Below are positions 52,296 through 64,000 of a stretch of DNA of 64,000 nucleotides, one piece after another. Below the pieces are notes generated by a model, which saw only the letters and a program-made list of their open reading frames with translations, had not been told where the DNA came from and made no database searches. The position numbers were made by a program, and so were the translations under genes. How positions within the stretch are numbered: the first letter of the stretch is position 1; each line of letters opens with the position of its first letter. Origin of the DNA: Octopus bimaculoides (Eukaryota). The stretch lies in NCBI RefSeq assembly GCF_001194135.2, contig NC_068983.1, forward strand, positions 155,062,984 through 155,126,983. Reading direction: 5' to 3'.

Positions 52296-54301
52296 GGTGT
52301 TTCCTGTGGGAAGATGTAACTTTTCCATTCCTACTCGCTTGAGAAAAGGTCTTCCTCTCCCAGGTCTTGGTATTGAATTGTCATCAATGATTCTGTAACT
52401 TAAATGCTTTTTCTAGGTAAGGATTTTGACCCTGTGCAAAATTATTTTTATCTTCGGGAAGTGGTGGGCCATATTAGGCTGGCCTTTATCTGTTGACTTG
52501 TGCAGCATGAGAGAGCGTACTAGGAATTTGCATTTCTTTGGCACAGCTATCAGGGTCTGTGGGGCACACATGCTACCATTATTGTAACAAGAACCTGCTC
52601 TTATGGTGGAATAGCTATCTGCATTACAGTATATTTTCATTTGGCACTATATCTACCTCCTAGACACAATGACTAACTGATTGATGGCCCTCAACACAAT
52701 GAGCAAAATAACAAGCACTGCACATCCTGCAGTTCTTTTCCTTAACTGGATTCCGTTCTCTGAAGCCTCTGCAGATTCCACCTCCCTCTTTCCCCTCCCT
52801 ACATCCAATGCCTCAGTGATACTGCTCTACTGCATCATCATTATCATCATTTTGATGCTGACATGAATTGGACAATTTCACAGGATCTGACAAGCCAGAG
52901 GACTGCACCAAGCACCTCTGTCTAATGCCAACCACATTTCAGAGGAGGTGCATTTTACGTGGCACCAGCGCAGTCAAGACCAGTCTGGCATAGTTTTTAT
53001 AGCTGGATCATATTTCTTAAACATGCCTCACACAACCTTCACAACCAGATGTGTAAAGGAGATTGTATAAACTTAGATGTATGACCGTGTATGTATGTAT
53101 GAGTATACCTGTACATGTGTATGTCTATGTATGTTTATGTGTGAGTGTTGTTTACTTTAATGATAATCTTTTTAATTTAGCCATTTCTCAATAATCATTA
53201 ACTTTTTTACTGTCATTTTACATGTTTTTCTTTCTTTTATGTTCACTTACATGTGTATGTATGCTTGTCTGTGCTTGTTTGTGTCATGTTTTTGTGTATG
53301 TCATGTTTATGTGTGTGTGTGTGTGTGTGTACGTTTACTTGTATGTTTATGTGTATCCGTCATATGTTTCGTCAACTGATTAATTGTTCTGTGATAAAGA
53401 TAATCCTCTTTTTTATAGTAAACTTAATTCAGTTAATCTAATGTTAGCAAGTNNNNNNNNNNCGTCAACTGATTAATTGTTCTGTGATAAAGATAATCCT
53501 CTTTTTTATAGTAAACTTAATTCAGTTAATCTAATGTTAGCAAGTTCTAATTGTATTAGTTGTGGTGGTGGTGGTGGTGGTGGTGGTGGTGGTGGTGACG
53601 GTAAACTGATGGTTCTGTTGATGTTAAATACTTGTAGTCACAGTATTGGCAATGTTAGAAGCCATTGTAGTGGTCGTTGGAATTGGAGAAACAGTAGTAG
53701 TAAGTAGCTTTAGCTGTTATGGTGATAGGATGCGAGGCTGGAGTGTGGGGGTACCCTTCTTCAGAAACAATCAATGGTATAAGAAGGAATGCAAAAAGAG
53801 GAAGAGAGAGGTGGGGATGATTAAATTGAAGATGATGATGCTGGTTGTGATACTATCAATGTCAAGAACAACAGCAACAGAAACAATAGCTATATATATA
53901 ACATTGGTATTAGGCCAGGAATTTTGAGAGGTAGGTACAATTGATCAAATCATCAAATTTATTCCAGTACATCACTGGTACCTTTTTTTTGACTAGATCC
54001 AGAAGTATGAAAGGCCAGTGCTGATCTGAGGCTATGATTTGAACTCACAACTTTAAGAGATGTGACTGAATACTGTATTGCATTTTTGCATGTGGCTCTA
54101 TTGATTCTGTTACCTACAGCTCAAATATCATCATCATCATCATCATCTACTGTAATAATACTCTTGTTTTTGTCTCCATCACAACATATGAATGAGAAAG
54201 GAAGGGGTGATGGCAAACTGGTAGTGTGAGTGGTTCAACTCTGTGTGGATATATGTGTGTGTATGTAAAAGGGAGGTATGTGAATGTGTGTGTGTGTGTG
54301 T

Positions 54302-54334
<33 letters not shown>

Positions 54335-54640
54335 AGCCAGCATTCTTTCAGTAACAAATGGTGATCGATGTCACATCTCAAAAGGCAACCACTACATAGC
54401 ATTGACAAGAGAACACCACTGGAAAATACAAAAACTAAAAGAAGCAGCACATATGCTAGGACGCAACAACCTCCTAAGCAGACTGAGTGCAGATATGAAT
54501 AGCATATGGGAACCAGTATNNNNNNNNNNCCTCCTAAGCAGACTGAGTGCAGATATGAATAGCATATGGGAACCAGTATTAAGGAAGGATAGGAAAATAT
54601 TAGATTTATAAGCGCTAAAATTCACTCCATAATTGCCCAC

Positions 54641-54716
54641 GGGAATATGGCATAGTGGTTAAGAGCACGGGCTACTAACCCCAAGATTCCAAGTTCGATT
54701 CCAGGCAGCGACCTGA
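54641..54716 (+). promoter_or_regulatory. tRNA-derived internal Pol III promoter-like cassette (not a functional tRNA)
   Basis: A box TGGCATAGTGG (54648-54658), arm GGG-CTACTAA-CCC, B box GTTCGATTCC (54693-54702); no convincing acceptor stem. Confidence 0.6.
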
Positions 54717-54790
54717 ATAATAATAATAATAATAATAATAACATAAAAAAATACCTTAGGAATGAGAACCCAGGTTCAAAATTACCCCAA

Positions 54791-54827
54791 GATATCTGAT
54801 GAAGGCTGGAGGGTATATCAGCCGAAA
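54791..54827 (+). ncRNA. Hammerhead-like core, truncated after GAAA
   Basis: CTGATGA A GGCTG GAGGGTATAT CAGCC GAAA; same stem II as 3537-3582. Confidence 0.5.
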
Positions 54828-55082
54828 TTGGACCCCACTTGCAAGGTCATGTGCTATTTATCTTAATATGAGATCACCATGTCGTGCATATATGGTCATG
54901 ATGCATGTACCTGGTGTACCCTTATACCGTCATTCACAGTCTTAGACTGGTGTTTCACTTTATCAAATTAGTGTAACTGAACTCAGAGCTTACAAAACTA
55001 AGAGATACTACAAGACATTTTCTCCAGCACTCTACTGATTCTGTCAATACACTTTCAGTAACAATAATCGTTTCTACTATAG

Positions 55083-55268
55083 GATTTTGGGGGAGGGAGC
55101 CAGTTGATTAGATCAATCCCAGTTCGCAGCTGGTACTTAATTTATCAACCCCCGAAAGGATGAAAGGCAAAGTCGACCTCAGCGGAATTTGAACTCAGAA
55201 CGTAGTGACAGGCGAAATACCACTAAGCATTTTGTCCAGAGTACTAATGATTATTCCAGCTCGTTGCC
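55083..55268 (-). mobile_element. tRNA-derived SINE (family C)
   Basis: TGGTACTTAATTTATCAACCCCCGAAAGGATGAAAGGCAAAGTCGACCTCAGCGGAATTTGAACTCAGAACGTAG; reverse complement of the 39223 type. Confidence 0.8.
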
Positions 55269-55491
55269 TTAATAATAATGATAATAATTATAATAATAAT
55301 AGTAATAATAATAATAATAACAATGGTAGTAATAATATTGTTGAATGTCTCCCATGATAATTTAACAACGAAGTATCAAAGCTTACAATGTGCGGAAAGA
55401 GACCCTTTGAGACCTCTGACAGCTAGCTGCTGTCCGTTCTCACAGAATCTACCAGAACAAACAAGACCCGATCATTCTGAGAATTAAAACA

Positions 55492-55624
<133 letters not shown>

Positions 55625-57528
55625 CTGTTTCTACTAAAAACACAAAATCTGAAGTTTTGGGGATTAAGGTTAGTCAAGTTTGTCAACCCCTCAACCTGCT
55701 CAACTGGTATTTAATATGTTGACCTTGAAAGGCCGAAAGATAAATCCACCTTGACATTCAGCTTTAATAATTATAATTCATAATTTTGGCACAAGACTGG
55801 CAATTTGTAGAGGTGACAATTGGTAGTGTGTTTATGTGTAGTGGGGGGGGGGCTTGTTTATTGCATTGGCTCCAGTGCCTGAAAGGATGAAAAGCAATGT
55901 CATCACCCCTGGCTGAATTTGAACCCAGAATATAAAATAACTGAAAGAAATTTTGCTACGAATTTCGTCTGCTGCATTAATGATTCTTCCACTAACAGTG
56001 TAATTTGGATGTGTGTGAGGCTGGGGTGAGCTGGGTGCATATAATTAATTAGTTTGACCCCAGTACCTGACTGCTGTTTATGGTAAACAGCAAGGATGGA
56101 AATCAGTAAAACACCCCAGTGGGGATTGAACCACAAAGTGAAAGTAATATAACTAGATGACACAAGGTACCTTTTGTGATACTGTACAGTTTCTGTTATC
56201 CACCACCTGAAGAATAACGACAGCTGTGATCGATGATTAATTAGAGACAGCACTAGCCTAGAAGTTATAAAGAAGTGAGTGCTATTGTTGATAATTGAAA
56301 TAATCCCAGTATATTTATTGATTAATACCCAGAGGGGCCAGGTGAAGTTAACCTCAGCAGAGTTTGAACTCAGAATAAATACAGAGACCATAGTCAGTGG
56401 GAAGGTTGATTGAGTCTAAATTGCTGATTAGTCATTTAGTTGGTGGTAGTGGTGATAATGATGATTATTGACTACCATTTCTGCTTTTAATTGCTTTATT
56501 GTTATCTATGGTAGTGACTATGACAAGTATCGTTATGATGATGATGATAGCGATGATGACAGTGGTGGTGGTGGTGGTGGTGGTGGTGGTGGCGACGTTG
56601 ATGATGGCGATGGTGATAAAGATGAAGAGATAATGATGGCAACGATTTAAACTAATGATGATTATGAGAATGGTGATAATGGTGATAATAACAACAGCAG
56701 CAATTAAGATGATGATGATGATGATGATAATCATCGCTGCTGCCGTCGTCATCATCATCATTACCATCATCAAAACTAATTTATTTTCCAACAGCCAAAT
56801 TTTCATGATCTTTTATCGTGCCACTCATCTGCCACTAATCTCCCGATAATCTTTCCTCTTCGATTTTTGAGTCGAGGGGTGGGGAATATGTTTTTATAAT
56901 TTCTTTTTTTTTTTTTTCGTTTTGGTTTTTGTTTTGCTTTTTCTGTTCTACAACAACATCAAAAATTACAAACAAAGCAAAATAGAAGAAAAGAAAACCC
57001 CCATTAATTAAGCTTCATTTTTTTTTTTTTATGAAAGCCAATTATATTTGTATTATATTTCAAGTTGCTCTGAAGTGGTACTGGAGTGGGTGTTAGAGTA
57101 GCAAGGTGGTTTTGTTGCTCTCTTGTTTTGCTTTTCAACTTCAGGTTCTTTTCTTTTCTCCCTTTTTTTATGAGGTATTTTCGCTCTTCATTTGTCCTAT
57201 CCATCTTATTGCAAATATACAATGTACCTTGGCAACAATAAACCTCTGTCGGCAGTCAATGCAAGTTGTTTTATCGGGTCAACTCTCGCTGAGCAAATTT
57301 ATGATCAGATGTGTTTCTGCTGTAACTGTCCGTACTTTTTCCCCTTTAAGGAAAATTCTGCTGTTTTTTCTAGCATGCCAGCTGACCATGAAGAGGCTCC
57401 CTTATTGATTTTCAAAATGCCCGTTGAGATGTTGGTGAGCAGTGACAAAAGTGACTTTGTGGATTGCATTGGTGTATGTATGTACACATGCACGTGTGCA
57501 CACACACATATACATACACATGCACATA

Positions 57529-57957
57529 GGCGTAGGAGTGGCTGTGTGGTAAGTACCTTGCTTACAAACCACATGGTTCCGGGTTCAGTCCTACTGCATG
57601 GCACCTTGGGCAAGTGTCTTCCACTGTAGCCTCGGCCCGACCAAAGCCTTGTGAGTGGATTTGGTAGATGGAAACTGAAAGAAGCCAGTCATATATATGT
57701 ATATATATATATATATGTGTGTATGTGTGTGTGTATATGTTTGTGTGTCTGTGTTTGTCTCCCCAACATCGCTTGACAACCGATGCTGGTGGGTTTACGT
57801 TCCCGCAACTTAGCGGTTCGGCAAAAGAGACCGATAGAATAAGTACTAGGCTTACAAAGAATAAGTCCTGGGGTCGATTTGCTCGACTAAAGGGCGGTGC
57901 TCCAGCATGGCCACAGTCAAATGACTGAGACAAGTAAGAGAGTAAAAGAGAAAAGAG
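57529..57957 (+). mobile_element. tRNA-derived SINE (family B), full length and young
   Basis: GGCGTAGGAGTGGCTGTGTGGTAAG...GGTTCCGGGTTCAGTCC...GGCACCTTGGGCAAGTG (CORE-like)...internal (TA/TG)n...CCAGCATGGCCACAGTCAAATGACTGAGACAAGTAAGAGAG. Confidence 0.9.
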
Positions 57958-59601
57958 TATACATGCATACAAACACATATACACACACAAACATACACAC
58001 GTACATACATACATACATACATACATACATGTATGTTAGAGTTGTCCTTCATTCTGGTAAAATGGAAAGTGTCTGTGGATTCATGATTTGTGGAGATTAC
58101 TCTCATTAATAATGGTTGTTTTTCTTCATAGATAATCTTATTAAGCTTAGATAACGCTTTCAGTATTGCCCTCTAGTTTTGAGAGGTGAAGTTCTGCGGC
58201 ACAGATACATGACAGGCTTCTTTTAAGTTTCTTTCTACCAAAGGCTTTGGTCAACCCAAAGTAGAAGATACCTGCCTATGGTGCCACGCAAGCAACCCCT
58301 GAAACTAAAACAGTGACACCAATGCATATTACAGCCGCAAAATATTACAACCACTGACAGAAACATACTAACCAACGCCAACTAGTACCAACAATAATCA
58401 CTGTTCACAGACATAGCTCAGGTCTGTCTGTCTGTCTGTTTGCGCATGTGTGTGTGTGTCTCTCCCTCTCCCTCTGTCCCTTTCCTTCTCTTTCTCCCTT
58501 TCCTTCTCTTTCTCCCTTTCCTTCTTTCTCCTTTCCTTCCCTCCCTTTCCCTCTCTGTCACACACACACACACACACAAACTACCTCCAGTCATTTTTCA
58601 TGCAAACATTGTTTCTTCCTTTACTTCCATTATTACTACAGATGGTTTTTGCTTCCCAGAACTAACAAGTTACATAAAGATATTTCTATCCCAGTCTACC
58701 AGAGACACACACACANNNNNNNNNNNNNNNNNNNNNNNNNNNNNNNNNNNNNNNNNNNNNNNNNNNNNNNNNNNNNNNNNNNNNNNNNNNNNNNNNNNNN
58801 NNNNNNNNNNNNNNNNNNNNNNNNNNNNNNNNNNNNNNNNNNNNNNNNNNNNNNNNNNNNNNNNNNNNNNNNNNNNNNNNNNNNNNNNNNNNNNNNNNNN
58901 NNNNNNNNNNNNNNNNNNNNNNNNNNNNNNNNNNNNNNNNNNNNNNNNNNNNNNNNNNNNNNNNNNNNNNNNNNNNNNNNNNNNNNNNNNNNNNNNNNNN
59001 NNNNNNNNNNNNNNNNNNNNNNNNNNNNNNNNNNNNNNNNNNNNNNNNNNNNNNNNNNNNNNNNNNNNNNNNNNNNNNNNNNNNNNNNNNNNNNNNNNNN
59101 NNNNNNNNNNNNNNNNNNNNNNNNNNNNNNNNNNNNNNNNNNNNNNNNNNNNNNNNNNNNNNNNNNNNNNNNNNNNNNNNNNNNNNNNNNNNNNNNNNNN
59201 NNNNNNNNNNNNNNNNNNNNNNNNNNNNNNNNNNNNNNNNNNNNNNNNNNNNNNNNNNNNNNNNNNNNNNNNNNNNNNNNNNNNNNNNNNNNNNNNNNNN
59301 NNNNNNNNNNNNNNNNNNNNNNNNNNNNNNNNNNNNNNNNNNNNNNNNNNNNNNNNNNNNNNNNNNNNNNNNNNNNNNNNNNNNNNNNNNNNNNNNNNNN
59401 NNNNNNNNNNNNNNNNNNNNNNNNNNNNNNNNNNNNNNNNNNNNNNNNNNNNNNNNNNNNNNNNNNNNNNNNNNNNNNNNNNNNNNNNNNNNNNNNNNNN
59501 NNNNNNNNNNNNNNNNNNNNNNNNNNNNNNNNNNNNNNNNNNNNNNNNNNNNNNNNNNNNNNNNNNNNNNNNNNNNNNNNNNNNNNNNNNNNNNNNNNNN
59601 N

Positions 59602-59634
<33 letters not shown>

Positions 59635-59994
59635 ATCTGTTGATATCTGGAATAAGTCATCAATCAATATTATCATATACTTTATATTACACACACACAC
59701 TCACTCACTCACTCACATGCATGTGTATTATTTTTATTTCTTGCTATTGCGAGCAATGGTGTCATTGGTTTTGAGGTTTCTGACAGGCCAATTTCTGGTT
59801 CATAGCATTTCCGATGGGGAGTGTGACAAGGGAGTGTAACTCGGACAGAATAAATGCCACATGATATTCTTGTCTGTTGCTCTGATTTATTGGCAATTCC
59901 TTACCAGTGCGTGTAACTTTCAATGTTATTACATGAACACATATGCATACCCACAAGCACACATGCATGTGCATGCGCACACACGCACACCATC

Positions 59995-60282
59995 ATCATC
60001 ATCATTTAATACCTGTTTTCTATTCTGGCATGGTTGGGGTAGCTTGACAGGAAGTGGCAAGGCCAAGGGCTACACCTGGTTTCGCAGTCTGTTTTAGCAT
60101 GATTTCTATGACTGGATGCCTCTTCTTAATGCCAAACACATGACAGAGTTTTACTGGGCTCTTTTTTACTTGGCACCATCACCCATGATTTTTACATGGC
60201 ACTAGCACTAGTGTTCTTTATGTGGCACCAGCACAGGTGCTTTTTACCTGGCACCAACACCAGTGTTTTTTTATGTGGCACA
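59995..60282 (-). mobile_element. RTE-tail repeat (family A variant) with five ~26-nt tandem units
   Basis: Tail homology at 59995-60140; TGGCAC recurs at 60171, 60197, 60223, 60249 and 60276. Confidence 0.7.
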
Positions 60283-60499
60283 CACACACACACACACACA
60301 CATAATGATATACCTCATGTGTAGTGATACTGAAACTAGGATCATGTTGCTGTGAAATAGAGGGCTAAGTTCGATATAAAATACAAGCATGGAACACTCA
60401 CATACAGTCCTTGGAGTTTCCCACTAGTCACAGGTCTGAATTTATTTCCAATCAATAGTCAACACACATCATCTTTTATCAGCTATCTTACATACTTAC

Positions 60500-60534
<35 letters not shown>

Positions 60535-61397
60535 NNNNNNNNNNNNNNNNNNNNNNNNNNNNNNNNNNNNNNNNNNNNNNNNNNNNNNNNNNNNNNNNNN
60601 NNNNNNNNNNNNNNNNNNNNNNNNNNNNNNNNNNNNNNNNNNNNNNNNNNNNNNNNNNNNNNNNNNNNNNNNNNNNNNNNNNNNNNNNNNNNNNNNNNNN
60701 NNNNNNNNNNNNNNNNNNNNNNNNNNNNNNNNNNNNNNNNNNNNNNNNNNNNNNNNNNNNNNNNNNNNNNNNNNNNNNNNNNNNNNNNNNNNNNNNNNNN
60801 NNNNNNNNNNNNNNNNNNNNNNNNNNNNNNNNNNNNNNNNNNNNNNNNNNNNNNNNNNNNNNNNNNNNNNNNNNNNNNNNNNNNNNNNNNNNNNNNNNNN
60901 NNNNNNNNNNNNNNNNNNNNNNNNNNNNNNNNNNNNNNNNNNNNNNNNNNNNNNNNNNNNNNNNNNNNNNNNNNNNNNNNNNNNNNNNNNNNNNNNNNNN
61001 NNNNNNNNNNNNNNNNNNNNNNNNNNNNNNNNNNNNNNNNNNNNNNNNNNNNNNNNNNNNNNNNNNNNNNNNNNNNNNNNNNNNNNNNNNNNNNNNNNNN
61101 NNNNNNNNNNNNNNNNNNNNNNNNNNNNNNNNNNNNNNNNNNNNNNNNNNNNNNNNNNNNNNNNNNNNNNNNNNNNNNNNNNNNNNNNNNNNNNNNNNNN
61201 NNNNNNNNNNNNNNNNNNNNNNNNNNNNNNNNNNNNNNNNNNNNNNNNNNNNNNNNNNNNNNNNNNNNNNNNAGGGGTAAGGCGAGATACGTAGTAGTAC
61301 AGAGGAAGAACGAGGGGGGGGGAGAAAGGAAAGAGAAAGAGATAGAGTAGCGTCGGAGGATAAGTTTACATATATGTTATATATATATATATTATAT

Positions 61398-61597
61398 GGC
61401 CTTCATGCTGGTGGCACGTAAAAGCACCCACTACACTCTCGGAGTGGTTGGCGTTAGGAAGGGCATCCAGCTGTAGAAACTCTGCCAAATCAGATTGGAG
61501 CCTGGTGTAGCCATCTGGTTTCACCAGTCCTCAGTTAAATCGTCCAACCCATGCTAGCATGAAAAGCGGACGTTAAACGATGATGATGATGATGATG
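61398..61597 (+). mobile_element. RTE-tail repeat (family A), young
   Basis: Near-identical to the reverse complement of 4160-4329. Confidence 0.85.
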
Positions 61598-61674
61598 GTA
61601 ATGAGATATATATATATATACATATATATGACCTGGCTTTCTGTGAGTTACATTAATGAGTGTCCCAGATCATT

Positions 61675-61815
61675 CAGTCAACAGAACAGTCTGCTTTCGA
61701 AATTATTTTGTCAGTGGCTGAGTACTCTACATATATGCATACTGTTAATGTAGTTCTCAGAGAGCATGACACACCAAATGTGACAGGGCCAGCCCATTGA
61801 ACTGCAGGTACAACT
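61675..61815 (-). mobile_element. Family D SINE 3' part, diverged
   Basis: Reverse complement resembles 35510-35650 (AGTGGCTGAGTACTC, GTAGTTCTC, TGTGACAGGGCCAGCCC). Confidence 0.55.
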
Positions 61816-62519
61816 AATTTTTTTGCTAGTAATTTCTCCCCCTCTTTTTCACACACACTGCGGACAGTGTGGACTGGAGGAACGTGAAATAAAATGCTTT
61901 GGTCAAGGACACAATGTGCCACCGTGAATGGAACTCTTGGTCTTTTGATCACAAGCCGAATATCCTAGCACCTAAGCCACACACCTTCACCTAATTATAT
62001 ATGGTCTTCACCACAGTTTCTCTCATAAGGTATGAATCAGGTCAGGCCAAGGTTATGATAGATAAAATTTGCCTAAAATTCTGTGTAGTGATATTGAAAC
62101 TAGGATCATGTTGCTGTGAAGAAAGCTTTTTTAACCACATGCCTGTACTTATATGTAGTGTGCACGTGCATACATATTCAATGGCTGTCCATTGATGTCC
62201 AAGGAAGGTCATCACTGACTGTTAAAACCCTGAGCTATGCTCAAGCAGAATTTTAGCTCCTGTAAGATTTTCGTAACATCCCATAGACTCCCCTCAACTG
62301 TGTTGATATGACCCACAAACAAACATGGTTTGTATCAGTAATCCAATATCAATACAAATAACTCCCAAGTAAATATATACAAAAGTGAGAGATGCAGAGT
62401 AACCACAGAATGAGTGATTCATCAGATTGACACTGTGGCTACTCTACTCTATTACATGTATTGAGTATGCTCTGTCGTAATTGAATATCCAAGTGATATA
62501 TATATATATATATGTATGT

Positions 62520-62778
62520 GGAGGCGCAATGGCCCAGTGGTTAGGGCAGCGGACTTGTGGTCATAGGATTGCGACTCTTTCACCACAACTTTCTCTCACT
62601 CTTTCTTCCTGTTTCTGTTGTACCTGTAATTCAAAGGGTCAGCCTTGTCACACTCAGTGTCGAAGAAGTACGTTAAGGGTATATATGTGTCTCTGGAGTG
62701 CTCAGCCACTTGCACGTTAATTTCACGACCAGGCTGTTCCGTTGATCGGATCAACTGGAACCCGCGACGGAGTGCCAC
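62520..62778 (+). mobile_element. Family D SINE with an internal deletion removing the B box
   Basis: Joins GGTCATAGGATTGCG directly to ACTCTTTCACCACAAC relative to the copy at 35310. Confidence 0.8.
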
Positions 62779-62782
62779 GAAG

Positions 62783-62824
<42 letters not shown>

Positions 62825-63130
62825 GTACACTATTCTTTATCTGTTTCTATGAAACCTTTATCTATGTATTTGTATATGTGTAATCCTGTGTGTGTTAGTC
62901 TATATGCGTGTGTTGCACCACTAATGTTTTTTCTTTTGTATTTGTCTATAGATGTGTGTGTGTGTGTGTGTGTAAATTAACTATTTGCTAACCCAGTTTT
63001 CTTTTTGTTTTATTTTCATGTCTGTCTGGCTGTCTGTCTGCCTGCCTCTAATCCTATTATTTTTTTTTTTTTTCCTTCTCATTTTCTTTTTGTTTGCTTC
63101 AATCATTCATACCACCACCACCACCACCAG

Positions 63131-63161
<31 letters not shown>

Positions 63162-63562
63162 TTATTTGTATTCTTGGCACACATCTCTCTCTCTCTCTTT
63201 CTCTCACACACATAGTGATTGACCCTGACAGTTTTGCATCTATGGTGAGGTCATATTGGTGAGAGAGGTGGGGGTAGATGAAGAGATAAAGGTATGAGAG
63301 GTACAGAGATGGTGGGATCAGAATCAGAAGAGCTGAGAGGTAGGAGAAAATGCAGTGCTCATTTGTTTGTGTGTGTGTGTGTGTGTAGATATATAGTTAG
63401 GTGTGTGTGTGTATGTGTGTGTATGTGAAAGAGAGTAGGGAGAAATTACTGCAAGAGTCATAGAGTTGATTCCCAATAGAATGGAGAGAAAGAAAAGGAA
63501 GAAAGAAAAAAAAGAGATCTTGTGGGAGTGTACAGAGAGAGAGAGAATAAGTTTATAGTGAA

Positions 63563-63857
63563 ATATATGTGTGTGTGTGTGTGTATATATGTATGTGTGT
63601 ATATATATGTATGTGTGTATATATATGTATGTGTGTGTATATATGTATATGTGTGTGTGTATGTATGTGTGTGTATATATATATATATGTATGTATGTGT
63701 GTATATGTATGTATGTATGTGTGTATATATATGTGTGTGTATGTATGTATGTGTGTGTGTATATATATATATGTATGCATATATGTGTATATATATGTAT
63801 GTATGTGTGTATATATGTATATATGTGTATATATATATGTATGTATGTGTGTATATA

Positions 63858-63912
<55 letters not shown>

Positions 63913-63918
63913 ATGTGT
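63563..63918. repeat. Compound (TA)/(TG)/(TATG) microsatellite mosaic
   Basis: Seen directly. Confidence 0.95.
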
Positions 63919-63919
63919 G

Positions 63920-63996
63920 TTATTTCTTTACTACCCACAAGGGGCTACACACAAAGGGGACAAACAAGGACAGACAAAACGGATTAAGTCGATTAT
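63920..63996 (-). mobile_element. Family C SINE 3' end (runs off the window)
   Basis: TTATTTCTTTACTACCCACAAGGGGCTACACAC...CGGATTAAGTCGATTATA is the reverse complement of the 39380-39450 type. Confidence 0.8.
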
Positions 63997-64000
63997 ACCG

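Larger units (their letters stand above)
54396..54827 (+). mobile_element. Penelope-like element 3' end: GIY-YIG-like C-terminus, tRNA-like cassette, (AAT)n, hammerhead core
   Basis: ORF end REHHWKIQKLKEAAHMLGRNNLLSRLSADMNSIWEPVLRKDRKILDL* (stop at 54611) resembles the W..R..KEA.HI...IW.P.L end of PLE endonucleases; A/B boxes and a CTGATGA..GAAA core follow. Confidence 0.7.

Noticed and set aside
53367-53545. Exact ~85-bp tandem duplication
   Set aside because: The copies are separated only by a 10-N gap; an assembly overlap artefact.
53561-53597. (GGT)n tracts here and at 56562 as regulatory G-quadruplexes
   Set aside because: These are ordinary trinucleotide microsatellites, abundant throughout the window.
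54470-54579. Duplicated LLSRLSADMNSIWEPV segment in the Penelope-like ORF
   Set aside because: The identical copies flank a 10-N gap; this is an artefact, not a domain duplication.

Overview
AT-rich, microsatellite-dense eukaryotic scaffold window with many N gaps. The repeat families and (TA/CA/CAT/ATT)n density look like an octopus (coleoid cephalopod) draft genome; this is inference, as no search was run. I find no confident host protein-coding exon. Nearly all ORFs in the track are microsatellite, gap or repeat artefacts, so the window is intronic or intergenic. It contains decayed RTE-clade LINEs with a PHD-type Cys4-His-Cys3 finger inside the RT region, many short RTE-tail repeats ('family A'), three tRNA-derived SINE families (B, C, D; my labels), R4/Dong-like RLE retroposon fragments, and hAT-, piggyBac- and TcMar-like MITEs. 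The strongest signal is a set of hammerhead-ribozyme-like motifs: three with an intact CUGAnGA/GAAA core (3537-3582, 33757-33845, 54791-54827) and three decayed ones. One lies in a composite element at 54396-54827 ordered GIY-YIG-like ORF end, tRNA-like Pol III cassette, (AAT)n, hammerhead. This suggests a Penelope-like element whose terminal repeat carries its own Pol III promoter and a self-cleaving RNA.
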